Source: Christensenellales bacterium
GTDB lineage: Bacteria > Bacillota > Clostridia > Christensenellales > CALWSW01
Assembly: GCA_050945915.1 (NCBI GenBank)
Contig: JBMNTV010000001.1
Span: 6,115 to 70,114 of the forward strand
DNA: 64,000 nt
Reading direction: 5' to 3'
A model generated the notes under the pieces. That model worked only from the letters and a program-made list of their open reading frames with translations. It had not been told where the DNA came from and ran no database searches. Shown one piece after another: positions 25,946 to 35,475 of the stretch. Positions within the stretch are counted from its first letter, which is position 1; every line of letters starts with the position of its first letter. A program made the translations under genes and the position numbers.

Positions 25946-26758
25946 ATGTATAAAGTCAGTGAACAGGATTTCAAGCAGTTTGCCGATTATGTAAAAGCCC
26001 ATTACGGCATTCACTTCAAAAAAGAAAAGAAAACCCTGGTGGAAGGAAGGCTGCGCAGCGTGCTGGCGGGCAAGAATTTTCGCAGCCTTTCCGACTACCT
26101 CGAATATGTGAAGGCGGATAAAACCGGCAAGGCAGCCACCGAAATGCTGAACCGGATCACCACCAACCACACCTTCTTTATGAGGGAACCGGCGCATTTT
26201 CACTATTTCAAGGAGACGGTGCTGCCCTATCTGGTCAACACCATGCGGTATAAAGACCTGCGCATTTGGAGCGCCGCCTGTTCCACCGGAGAAGAGCCCT
26301 ATACCCTGGCGATGATCATCACCGACTTTTTGGGCACGAAGAAACAGGGGTACGACACGAAAATACTGGCCACGGACATCTCCCAAAAGGTTCTTGACAT
26401 CGCCAAAGCCGGCGTTTACTCCCATGACAGAATGGGAGATGTTCCCGCAGCCTGGAAGAAGCGGTACTTCGCAAAAGACGGCAACGGCAACTATGTGCTG
26501 ACCGAAGAAATCCGGAAAGAGGTCCTCTTCAGGAACCTCAATCTGATAGAACCCTTCCCCTTCAGGAAGAACATGCACGTCATTTTCTGCCGCAATGTCA
26601 TGATCTATTTTGATACCGAAACCAAAGAACGACTGGTGGAACGGCTCTATGAGATCACCGAGCCCGGCGGCTTCCTGTTCATCGGGCATTCCGAAGGGCT
26701 GAACCGCGAAAGGACGAGGTACCGTTACGTGATGCCAGCCGTCTACCGCAAGGATTAG
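25946..26758 (+). CDS. cheR: Chemotaxis protein methyltransferase
   Basis: 270 aa. ITTNHTFFMREPAHF and SAM-binding IWSAACSTGEEPYTLAM. Confidence 0.92.
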   Translation: MYKVSEQDFKQFADYVKAHYGIHFKKEKKTLVEGRLRSVLAGKNFRSLSDYLEYVKADKTGKAATEMLNRITTNHTFFMREPAHFHYFKETVLPYLVNTMRYKDLRIWSAACSTGEEPYTLAMIITDFLGTKKQGYDTKILATDISQKVLDIAKAGVYSHDRMGDVPAAWKKRYFAKDGNGNYVLTEEIRKEVLFRNLNLIEPFPFRKNMHVIFCRNVMIYFDTETKERLVERLYEITEPGGFLFIGHSEGLNRERTRYRYVMPAVYRKD

Positions 26759-27049
26759 TGCTGTTTTTTGGGCAACGGGGGAAAGACCGCGACTGGCAAA
26801 CCCCCGAATAACGGCATGCCGACAAGTTTTCAGGCATGAACACTCCCGGGCCCCTTCGCCGGTTATGAAACGCATTGTTAAAATTGCGGAGGATACGAGG
26901 AAGCAGTTTTTTCAAGCACACCGTACTTCATTCGCATACGGACTCCCTGCCCCTAGGCAATTGTGAGCCTGCCTGTTTGAACAAGCCAGCCAAAGGTCCC
27001 GGATGGATGCTACATCTGGAATATGGAAAACAAGGAGAAAGGAACGCAA

Positions 27050-28734
27050 ATGAGAAATTTGTCCGTCAGCAAAAAGCTCCTCGTCGGTTTCGGAATTGTA
27101 CTCGCCCTGATGCTCCTTTCCACCGCGCTGTCCATCATCAGCATCAGCAGTGTCGCGCAGCAGGTTGATCTGTGCGGTCAATACACTCTGCCAAACACCA
27201 CCAGCATTTGGATGATCCGGCGAAATATCGTATCCGCCCAGCGCTACATCGCTCGCGCATTCATCGAGCATGACGTGCATTCCGTCGAGAACCTCCTCGC
27301 AAACGCCGACGAAGAAGGGATGCAGGTCTTGGGGGAACTGGAACAATACGCCGCGAATCAGAGGGATTCCGAAACCAGTGCAAAGATCCACCAGCTTCGG
27401 GAACTTTTGGAACAGGCGGGTTCCATCAGACTTCAAATCGGGAAACACTGCTTCGAAATCCCACAGACAACAACAAACAAGCCGCGTATGCCCTGTTCAC
27501 GAAGGATTACATACCAACCTTTGATCAGGCGGCCGATGTTCTCAACGAGTTGACACTCATCGAGGAGGAACACGCCACGCAACAGAGAAGCGACGCTCAA
27601 AATGCCCGATTCTTAGCCTGGATTCTGCTGGCCTCCTGTTCCGCCGCGGCGCTCCTGCTCTCCCTCGCGGTCGTGTGGGCCATCCGAAAGTCGATCCTGA
27701 CCCCCGTGAAGGAGATCATGCGGGCCTACGAAGACTTTTCCAAGGGCAACTTGCGGGCGAAAATCACATACGAAAGCCGGGACGAACTGGGCCAGATGGC
27801 AGTCCTGATCCACAAGACCAACGAGTTGCAGAGCACCATCCTTCAGGACTTGATGGAAAAGTTCGCAAAACTATCCAAAGGCGATCTGCAGATTCGCGTG
27901 GATCTGGATTACCCGGGGGATTTTGCCCGTCTCAAGAAAGCTATTGAAGACACCGTTTCCAACCTGAACAACACGATGCAAACCATTTTGTCCGCCGCAG
28001 AGCAGATGAGCGCCGGAGCCACCCAGGTGGCAAGCGGGGCCGAAGCCCTGGCGTCGGGTTCTGCAGAGCAGGCTTCCTCCGTCGAGGAATTGAATGCTGC
28101 CGTCGGAAAAATCGCCAAGCAGGCAGAGGAAAACTCCGCAAACGTCGGAAAGGCAACCAAATATGTGACGCAGGCTGTGGAACGCGTCGGTGTCGGAAAC
28201 GAGCGCATGATGGAACTGTCCAAAGCCATGAAGGACATCGGCGCGGCTTCCGACCAGATCACCGCCATCACAAAGCTCATCGAAGACATTGCCTTCCAGA
28301 CAAACATCCTGTCCCTGAACGCCGCCATCGAAGCAGCCCGCGCCGGAAGCGCCGGAAGGGGTTTCGCCGTGGTGGCGGACGAAGTCAGAGCCCTCGCTGC
28401 AAAGTCCGCCGAGGCCGCCAAACAGACCGCAGAGATCATTCAGGCGTCCGTCAGCAGCATCAGCCAGGGCATGGAGACGACGCAGCAGACCGCCCGGATC
28501 CTGCAGGACGTGGGCGAGAAGTCCAAATTGGTCAACGAAAGCTTCATCAGGATTGAGCAGGCGACCATGGAACAGGCCGGCGCCATCGAACAGATCAAGA
28601 TCGGCCTGGAGCAGGTGTCCTCGGTGGTGCAGACGAATGCGGCCACAGCGGAGGAAAACTCCGCAACGAGCGAGGAGATGTCCGCCCAGGCGTCCACATT
28701 GCGCGAAGAAGTGGGAAGGTTCAAACTCAGATAA
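27050..28734 (+). pseudogene. Methyl-accepting chemotaxis protein split by a 1-nt frameshift (or sequencing error)
   Basis: Tracked ORFs 27023-27553 and 27550-28734 are the sensor/TM1 part and the TM2-HAMP-signalling part of one MCP ([36 protein letters not shown]). Both frames are open over about 27400-27553. Sense flips at ATCGGGAAAC (27437-27446). Confidence 0.75.
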
Positions 28735-28757
28735 ATGCCTTGCCAGTCATTCATTTT

Positions 28758-28796
28758 GTTGCATCCTTGCGTGATTGCAGGGGTGCAACTTTTTTT
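28758..28796 (+). terminator. Intrinsic terminator after the MCP
   Basis: GTTGCA...TTGCA-GGGG-TGCAAC followed by TTTTTTT. Confidence 0.6.
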
Positions 28797-29063
28797 GCCG
28801 AACAGGCAGCATAAAAAACAGGCATGCTGAACGAGTTTGAACATGCTTCCATCCCGTTATAAAATCACCGATCGCACTTTGGATCATAGGACGACTCCTC
28901 CGTATCAACGGGGTCCAATGCAAAGACGGCGGGTTCCGGTTTCGGAACAACGCCGTCCACAAGAGCTGAATGATGTTTTACATCATAGGAAACGGGCGAA
29001 AGGTTTAAGAAGAGCATTGGCATCAGGCGCTTGGAGCGCATCTTTCGGGAAAAACCTGCCCTT

Positions 29064-30014
29064 TCACTCCACCAGGTCTAACAAGTATCCGTACCCTTCC
29101 CTTTCCATGTCCTCCTTTGGGACGAATCGCAAGGCTGCGCTGTTGATGCAATAGCGCAGTCCGCCCGCTTCTTTGGGCCCGTCAGCGAACACATGGCCCA
29201 GGTGGGCGTCGCCCACGCGGCTTCTCACCTCGGTACGGATCATTCCGTGGGACGCGTCGAGTTTTTCCCGAAGGACGTTGGGGTCGATGGGCTTGGAAAA
29301 GCTGGGCCAGCCGCATCCGGAATCGAACTTATCCGAAGAGGCGAACAACGGCTCGCCGGTCGTGATGTCCACATAAATGCCCGGCCGGGCAGTTTGGTAG
29401 TATTCGTTTTGGAAGGGCGGCTCGGTGGCATTGTTTTGAGTGACATCGTACTGGATCGGCGTCAGTGTCTTGCGCAGTTTGTCTCGATCCGGGGCAGGGT
29501 AAGCTGCGGGGTTTACCAGGGCTTTTTCGGCCTTCTCGAATTGCTCCCTTCGTATATGGCAGTAGCCATTGGGGTTTTTGTCCAGATATTTCTGATGGTA
29601 TTCTTCTGCCGGGTAAAAACTGAGCAGGGGCTTTACCTCGATGGCGATGGGTTTGTCATACCGCCGTTGAAGCTGGGCAATCGATTGCTCGATCACGGGA
29701 AGATCCAACGCGTTGACGTAATAAATGCCCGTCCTGTACTGCGTTCCGACGTCTCCGCCCTGCTGGTTCACCGCGACGGGGTCGATGGACTCGTAATACA
29801 GTTCCAGAAGAAACTCCAAAGGAAGGATCTTGGGATCGTAGACCACGTGCACCGTCTCGGCATGGCCTGTGTTGCGGGTGCAAACGTCTTCATAGGTGGG
29901 GTTCTTGGTGGTTCCGTTCGCATAACCCACCTGCGTCGCCTGAACGCCCTTGATGGACGCGAGGTATTTCTCAGTTCCCCAAAAACAACCGCCGGCAAGA
30001 TAGATTTCGGCCAT
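29064..30014 (-). CDS. msrAB: Bifunctional peptide-methionine sulfoxide reductase MsrA/MsrB
   Basis: Start [13 protein letters not shown] (MsrA GCFWG motif). MsrB part has GCGWPSF and GGLRYCINS. The 101-codon upstream extension of the tracked ORF was trimmed. Confidence 0.92.
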   Translation of the reverse strand: MAEIYLAGGCFWGTEKYLASIKGVQATQVGYANGTTKNPTYEDVCTRNTGHAETVHVVYDPKILPLEFLLELYYESIDPVAVNQQGGDVGTQYRTGIYYVNALDLPVIEQSIAQLQRRYDKPIAIEVKPLLSFYPAEEYHQKYLDKNPNGYCHIRREQFEKAEKALVNPAAYPAPDRDKLRKTLTPIQYDVTQNNATEPPFQNEYYQTARPGIYVDITTGEPLFASSDKFDSGCGWPSFSKPIDPNVLREKLDASHGMIRTEVRSRVGDAHLGHVFADGPKEAGGLRYCINSAALRFVPKEDMEREGYGYLLDLVE

Positions 30015-30091
30015 CGCGCACCTCTGTTCTCTTACGTCCTTCTGAGATTTCATCACCCTATGAGCTTGCCTCCAAACGAAGCAATCCATTC

Positions 30092-30100
30092 GGGGGGGGG
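30092..30100. repeat. G9/C9 homopolymer in the msrAB 5' untranslated region
   Basis: Nine consecutive G, read directly, 78-86 nt upstream of the msrAB ATG. Confidence 0.95.
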
Positions 30101-30176
30101 CAGCCTGCCAAACCGCAACAAGGAAAGCGGAATCGCTTTCGCGTATCAACGTTTGAAGGTTTTTGTTTCTTGCTTC

Positions 30177-30205
30177 ATTATAGCATCCAGCCTTCCAAAG
30201 CTCAA
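30177..30205 (-). promoter_or_regulatory. Candidate extended -10 promoter TTGAGC-17 nt-(TGc)TATAAT for msrAB
   Basis: Read on the minus strand. Predicts a leader of about 155 nt containing the C9 tract. Confidence 0.45.
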
Positions 30206-30523
30206 TCACGCCGACCGAAAAGCTGGAGTGCCACCTGTTACCCCTTGTAAAGCGCATGGGCGACCGCGGGGGTGCAAAAGCTATGATGGGCGGCAAAAAG
30301 CGAAGGCCTCGCCGCATGCAGAATTCTCCGGCGTTCGGGCAGTTCCAGTACGCGCCCTTTCAAAGCCCGGCGTCTTCTTCGCACAGCCTGGAAAAACCGC
30401 AACTGGCCGCACCGCCTGCGCACGCTTCTTGTTCGTATGGCAGATGGCACATACAGACTTCTCATAACGCGCTTTGCAAAGGCTCGCCATCCACAGCGTT
30501 CGAAGGCAGAAAGGACCGCAACC

Positions 30524-31072
30524 GTGCACCCACGCTTTGAATGGATTTTGGCAAATCACTGCGCCCCGGTGTTGCTCGGCAAAAAGCCGGCTGCGCTGCT
30601 TGCCGAAAAGGCCCTGCCCAAACCATGCCCCTGGGCGCTGCTGAAGCAACGAGGGTTTTGCGTGATCAGCCTCAGCTGGCGCGGCAAAGCCCCGCTGACG
30701 CTCCTCTATCACCCCGCCCTGCTTCGCGCTGTTTTGTCCCAACATCTGGTCAGCAGGAAACTCGCTGCGATCGGGTATCCCGTCGAGGGGGATTGGCAGG
30801 CTCATTTGAACTTTTTGCGCAGGCGGTTCGACCAATCTTGGGAATTTCCCCACGAAATCGGGTTTTTCCTCGGCTACCCTCCCGAGGATGTGATCGGATT
30901 TATGGAAAACAGGACGACCTGCAAGCTGTCCGGGCCATGGAAGGTCTTTGGAGACGTGGAGCGGGCGCAGGCGATATTCGAGGAGTACGCCCAATGCAAA
31001 CGAATTTTGCTCAGCCATATTGAAAACGGGGGCAGTATCTTGATCGCGGATCCGCCAACGTTGACAGTTTGA
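30524..31072 (+). CDS. DUF3793 family protein
   Basis: ANHCAPVLLGKKPAAL and WEFPHEIGFFLGYPPEDVIGF motifs. GTG 30524 was preferred as the start (RBS GAAAGGA 8 nt upstream). The tracked start at 30437 is also possible. Confidence 0.72.
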   Translation: MHPRFEWILANHCAPVLLGKKPAALLAEKALPKPCPWALLKQRGFCVISLSWRGKAPLTLLYHPALLRAVLSQHLVSRKLAAIGYPVEGDWQAHLNFLRRRFDQSWEFPHEIGFFLGYPPEDVIGFMENRTTCKLSGPWKVFGDVERAQAIFEEYAQCKRILLSHIENGGSILIADPPTLTV

Positions 31073-31380
31073 ATGGTATTGGACAAAAGAGACAGGAGGC
31101 CATCACCACTGCACTTATATGCAAGTTCGGAACGGAAACACGAAGCGTGGCAAAAGCCATCGAGGGCAAAATGAAGAATGCAGCGCCCATGCAGCGCTAT
31201 TTTCCGCCGACCAAGCCGCCTCGCCTCTTGGGCCAATACGGCAAACTCGCCTTCGGCTGCCCGGACACGGGAACAAAAGGGCAAAAAGAAGCGTTCGAGC
31301 CCTTTTAGCCTTAGCCCCTCGGCAAACCTTTTGGCTCCTATGGCTGGGTACGAGGAATGGATGCAAACCCGCTTCGGATA

Positions 31381-31414
31381 AAAAAAGGAGCATGACCATC
31401 GTCATGCTCCTTTT
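31381..31414. terminator. Bidirectional terminator (DUF3793 region / DUF438 gene)
   Basis: AAAAAA-GGAGCATGAC-catc-GTCATGCTCC-TTTT. Confidence 0.85.
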
Positions 31415-31417
31415 GGT

Positions 31418-32635
31418 TTACTTGGATTCGTCGCCGTTGGTAACCAGTCGCTTTTCACCCTTGATTTCCTGAATGTGCTGGATGTTCTGGGTCATTTCAA
31501 GTACACCCAGGTATTCCCCGGAATCGCTTCTGACCGCGAAATACCGGATCAGAATGTACTTTTCGCCCATGTGGATCCAAAAGTCCTCGTGGTCCTTCTT
31601 GCCGGCTTTAAAATCCTCCACCAGCTGATCGACGATATGCACGCTCGCCGGGGGGTGGCAATTGCTCACACTGCGACCGATGACAGCTTTGCTGCGGGGA
31701 AAAATCCGCTCCGCACCCTGGGAAAAATACCGTACCGTGTCATCCTTGCCCACAAAGGTGATGTCCACGGGCAGGGTGTCCAGCATTTTGGTGAGTTCTT
31801 CAAGGGTCAGTCTGCCGGTGGGCAAGGTGATCTCGCCGGGCGCGCTTTCCTTTTTGGGTGCCTGGTCCGCCTGCTTGTCCTCCGTCGGCGTCCAGACCGG
31901 CACGTCCTCGATCAGGCAGTACCCGAACTCGTCGCTGTTATCGGCGATGAGTTTCCATTCATCCTGGGTCAGATTTTCCAGCAGCATGGGGAGCATGATA
32001 TTCTCTTCCTTGAAGATCATCTCAGAGATCTTCTCCAGCACCGCTTCGATCTTCGCCTTCAGCTGCGCAGCCGGCGTGGCTTTTAGCATTTCGCGGACTT
32101 CTTTAAGCTGCGCGCGGATCTCATCGTCCACACCCCACATGACCTTGGGCGGTGCGGTGATGCCGTATCGCTCCATATAGGGAAAGAGCAGGTTTTCTTT
32201 TTTCAAATAGTGGCGGCTGATTTCCGTCAGCTTGGTCAGGCCCTCTTGAATCTCCTTTTCCGCCGAATCGTCCGGCAGCAGAGCAAGCTGCTTGCGGATC
32301 GATTCCACGAGCTGTTCAATGGCACGGTTTTCCCTCTTCAGCGTATGGGCAGGATGACCCGGGATTTTCACCGGGTCCGTCGGCCGATGAATTTCCGCGA
32401 TGGAGCCCTTGAATACCGCCGCGTGAACGTCGCAAAGCCGCTGCACCTCGGTAACGGGCACACCGCTTTGGATCAGGGCTTGTTCCGCCTGGGCGATTTC
32501 TTCTACAGAAACGTTTTCAAAAACCTCGGCAAATCTGCCCTTGACCTCGTCCACGCTTTTGCCTTCATGCAGCTGTGCGATCAGCTCTCTTAAAACCTGC
32601 TGGCGATATTCCCTGTTGTTGATTTCCGCGCTCAT
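31418..32635 (-). CDS. DUF438 / hemerythrin-like / PAS-domain protein
   Basis: 405 aa. N-terminal LIAQLHEGKSVDEVKGRFAEVF...LCDVHAAVF (DUF438-like), hemerythrin-like middle, C-terminal PAS-like ITFVGKDDTVRYFSQG...CHPPASV. Confidence 0.82.
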   Translation of the reverse strand: MSAEINNREYRQQVLRELIAQLHEGKSVDEVKGRFAEVFENVSVEEIAQAEQALIQSGVPVTEVQRLCDVHAAVFKGSIAEIHRPTDPVKIPGHPAHTLKRENRAIEQLVESIRKQLALLPDDSAEKEIQEGLTKLTEISRHYLKKENLLFPYMERYGITAPPKVMWGVDDEIRAQLKEVREMLKATPAAQLKAKIEAVLEKISEMIFKEENIMLPMLLENLTQDEWKLIADNSDEFGYCLIEDVPVWTPTEDKQADQAPKKESAPGEITLPTGRLTLEELTKMLDTLPVDITFVGKDDTVRYFSQGAERIFPRSKAVIGRSVSNCHPPASVHIVDQLVEDFKAGKKDHEDFWIHMGEKYILIRYFAVRSDSGEYLGVLEMTQNIQHIQEIKGEKRLVTNGDESK

Positions 32636-32871
32636 GTAGAATCCTCCTTGATGGTGTAGCCGTGTTTTTCGAAGATCCGCTTGATGGTTTCCATGTCAAC
32701 TTTTCTTAACGCCGCGCCTTTGGGGATGGTCATGAACCGGCCCACCGTGGAAAGCATTCCCGGCTTCGTAACCTCCGAAAATCCCGCTTCCTCGAGTATT
32801 GGAATGATCCCCGGATCGGCAGTGCATAACTCATAAACCGTCTTGTTGAAGTTGAGAACTTTATCGGCCAT
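32632..32871 (-). CDS. DUF1858 domain protein
   Basis: 79 aa from MADKVLNF. RBS GGAGGTG 6 nt upstream. ATGA overlap with the DUF438 gene. Confidence 0.8.
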   Translation of the reverse strand: MADKVLNFNKTVYELCTADPGIIPILEEAGFSEVTKPGMLSTVGRFMTIPKGAALRKVDMETIKRIFEKHGYTIKEDST

Positions 32872-32887
32872 GTTGCACACCTCCATC

Positions 32888-32901
32888 TCGACATGTGTCG
32901 A
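32888..32901. promoter_or_regulatory. Inverted repeat TCGACA-TG-TGTCGA 3 nt upstream of the DUF1858 RBS
   Basis: 6-bp arms read directly. A further ATGTCGA lies near 32986. Confidence 0.35.
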
Positions 32902-33106
32902 CGGGAATTTAGCCTAGTCTAACTTCCCATAAAATACCATATCACCCCAATCAAGTCAATTCGGCGATGATGTCATTTCAAAAAATGTCGAAGGTCTGCG
33001 GGCCAACCCCGGTGGTCGCCAAACCTAACGCGAACCGAACCTCATTGAGTATGCATCCCCCAGCATGGCACCGAATATGCAAATGAACCGTTCCAGCGAG
33101 TCAAAA

Positions 33107-33997
33107 TCATTCGAATGCATCCGCAAACACGCAGTCAGGACGGATTCTTCTTCCCGCGCAGGTTTCAAACTCCTTCGGCGGCAAAAATCCCTCAAAAATC
33201 ACGGCATCGCAGCGGCCTTTCACCCGTTGGAAGGTCGCTTCGTCCTGGATCGTCCAAAACACAGTGACCGCCTTAAAAAAACTCCGGCACAGGCGGAAAC
33301 TGAGGCTGCCCTCGTCCCGATGGTCATATGCGATAAAATCCGGCCGGGTGAGGAAATTCGTCAAAAGGTGTTTGACCGCCCATCGTTGCACGCGGTCCCT
33401 CATATCCTTCGCGCCTTCTTTGAGCAAATTGGCAGAAAGCTGCCCCCGCAGGACTTCTGGAGCGTTTTTGCGCCACCACCGCAGGTAGATAGGGTTGAAG
33501 GACTCGATGACATACGCCCCCGGATACCCTTGCAGGGCGGCATGGACATGGCGGCACGCCTCAGGATTCATGGACTGGCCTTTGATCTCGATGATCAGCG
33601 GCACCCTGCCGTCAACCAGCCGAAGAAGTTCGTCCAATGCGGGAATGGGCTGGTTCGTGCCGGCAAGGGTCAGGGCCTGAAGCTCCGCCAGGGTGCTGTC
33701 CTTGATCTCCCCCTGCACGCCGCACATCCGAAGAAGGGTATCATCGTGAAACACAGCGAGTTTCCCATCCTTGGTGAGATGCACGTCCAGCTCCATGCCA
33801 TAGCCCGCGTCCGCTGCGGCGGCAAAGGCGGCGAGGGAATTCTCCGGAATGCCGGCAGCCTCATCGTGCAGCCCCCGGTGGGCATAGCATCTGCCTAAGA
33901 ACAGGCCCATCCGCCCGTCGTTGGGGCCAGGCTTGATGAGAAACAGATACAGCAACATCAAAGCGGCCAGCGCGGCTGCCGCGATCAAAAAAGGCAT
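33107..33997 (-). CDS. Glycerophosphodiester phosphodiesterase family protein, N-terminal membrane anchor
   Basis: HRGLHDEAAGIPENSLAAF...ELDVHLTKDGKLAVFHDDTL, GDPD catalytic motifs. Confidence 0.87.
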   Translation of the reverse strand: MPFLIAAAALAALMLLYLFLIKPGPNDGRMGLFLGRCYAHRGLHDEAAGIPENSLAAFAAAADAGYGMELDVHLTKDGKLAVFHDDTLLRMCGVQGEIKDSTLAELQALTLAGTNQPIPALDELLRLVDGRVPLIIEIKGQSMNPEACRHVHAALQGYPGAYVIESFNPIYLRWWRKNAPEVLRGQLSANLLKEGAKDMRDRVQRWAVKHLLTNFLTRPDFIAYDHRDEGSLSFRLCRSFFKAVTVFWTIQDEATFQRVKGRCDAVIFEGFLPPKEFETCAGRRIRPDCVFADAFE

Positions 33998-34014
33998 CGT
34001 GCGGTTCGCTCCTT

Positions 34015-35280
34015 TCAGTCCTCCGCGCCCAGCAGTTCCAGCTTATCCTGAGGAAGATCGGGCCGATTGTCGCCATGTTTGACGAAAAGCATGGTCAAAA
34101 AGGCCGCCGCCACCATCAGCGCGGCATAGGGGAACAGGGTCCAGTAACCCGCAAACTCCAATAAAGCGCCGGAAAGAACAGGCGTTATGATCTGCGCAGA
34201 CATGGAGAATGTGTAGTAATAGCCGGTGTACTTGCCGATGTCCCCAGCCTTGCCCAGTTCCACTACCATGGGATAGGAGTTGACGTTGATAGCGGCCCAG
34301 GCGAAACCGATGAGGGCGAAGATGCCATACAGCGCCGGGGAGAACTCCGTAAAGAGTATGCCCGAACCAAGACAGATCGCTAGCACCGCCACGCCGAACA
34401 GGATCACCTTCTTGCGGCCGATCTTCGAGGAAAGGAAGCCCACGGGTATGTAGCTCAAAATGGCGCCGCCGGTGGCGACCAGCAGGCAGGTGGACGCTGC
34501 GCCCACATTCATGCTCCAGGTGGATTGGGCGTACTTCGTGAAGGCGGTGGTCACCGCGTTGTAACCCATGAACCACAGAAACACCGACGCAAGAATCAGG
34601 ATGAGGCTGCGGCGCATTTCCGGAGAGAGTTTGCCGGCGGATTTTGTTTCTTGCGCTTCTTGTTTTGGCCCGTCCTGGGCTACGCGCAGCTTGTTTTCCC
34701 GGATGGTCAGCACCAGCACCGCCACCGCAAAAAGCATCAGCGCAGACACCGCGATAAACACGGGCAAGTAATCCTGCCCGTCCTGATTGCCCACGAGGAG
34801 CTTTGTCATCACCAGGGTGTAAATCCCGCCCAGCGCGCCCATCAGATTGATGACAGCGTTCGCCTTGGAGCGCAAGGGAGCCGGAGTCACGTCGGGCATC
34901 AGCGCCACCGCCGGAGAGCGGTAGATTCCCATGGAGAGTAGCGTCATGCCCAGCGCCGCAAAGAAAAGCCACAGCAGCCGGGCGTTTGCGGCGACGGGGA
35001 TCAACAACATAAACAAAACCGCCAGCGCCGTGCCGACGAGGATAAAGGGCGTGCGCTTGCCCAGCCTTGTGTTGCATCGGTCGCTTAGGGCGCCAAACAG
35101 CGGCAGCAGGAACACTGCCAGAATGTTGTCCAGAGCCATGATGAACCCGGAGAGGGTGTCCCCCAAACCGAAGGTGTTCTTCAGGATCAGCGGGATCAGG
35201 TTGTCGTACATCTGCCAGAAAGCGCAGATGGACAAAAATGCAAATCCGACGAAAATCGTCCGGCGGTAACTCAGCTTCAT
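34015..35280 (-). CDS. MFS transporter
   Basis: 421 aa, 12 TM segments, LPLFGALSDRCNTRLGKRTPFI loop motif. RBS GAGGAGGAAG. Confidence 0.87.
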   Translation of the reverse strand: MKLSYRRTIFVGFAFLSICAFWQMYDNLIPLILKNTFGLGDTLSGFIMALDNILAVFLLPLFGALSDRCNTRLGKRTPFILVGTALAVLFMLLIPVAANARLLWLFFAALGMTLLSMGIYRSPAVALMPDVTPAPLRSKANAVINLMGALGGIYTLVMTKLLVGNQDGQDYLPVFIAVSALMLFAVAVLVLTIRENKLRVAQDGPKQEAQETKSAGKLSPEMRRSLILILASVFLWFMGYNAVTTAFTKYAQSTWSMNVGAASTCLLVATGGAILSYIPVGFLSSKIGRKKVILFGVAVLAICLGSGILFTEFSPALYGIFALIGFAWAAINVNSYPMVVELGKAGDIGKYTGYYYTFSMSAQIITPVLSGALLEFAGYWTLFPYAALMVAAAFLTMLFVKHGDNRPDLPQDKLELLGAED

Positions 35281-35380
35281 GCGTCAGCTTCCTCCTCATC
35301 ATCTCTTTCGCCTATTGTAACGTTTTTATGAACGGGCGGCAATCGCGCTGTTGCAAAAATATTACAAAATGTTCTGATTA

Positions 35381-35407
35381 GAAAAAGCCCCGCCATAGAG
35401 ACGGGGC
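35381..35407 (-). terminator. Intrinsic terminator after the GNAT-like gene
   Basis: Minus strand GCCCCG-tctctatgg-CGGGGC-TTTTTC. Confidence 0.7.
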
Positions 35408-35475
35408 AGAAAAAATACAGCTGTGGTTGGGGTGAGATGCGATCCTATTTTGCTTTATTCATGTTCACCCCAAAA

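Noticed and set aside
30015-30317. 101-codon N-terminal extension of the msrAB ORF
   Set aside because: MsrA homology begins at [13 protein letters not shown], which has an RBS. The extension crosses the predicted promoter and the C9 tract. Similar trimming was applied at 21720-21905, 43425-43568 and 52628-52765.
34043-35302. 419-aa alternative-frame ORF overlapping the MFS gene on the same strand
   Set aside because: The other frame (34015-35280) gives a clean 12-TM MFS protein with a strong RBS. This frame gives Arg/Gly/His-rich nonsense.
35420-35450. tRNA 3'-end-like direct repeat (TGGTTGGGGTGAGATGCGATCC) as an att site for the GNAT islet
   Set aside because: It shares only scattered identity with the tRNA-Leu 3' end (TGGTGCCGGTGGTCGGACTCG), has no T-arm structure and no integrase gene nearby.
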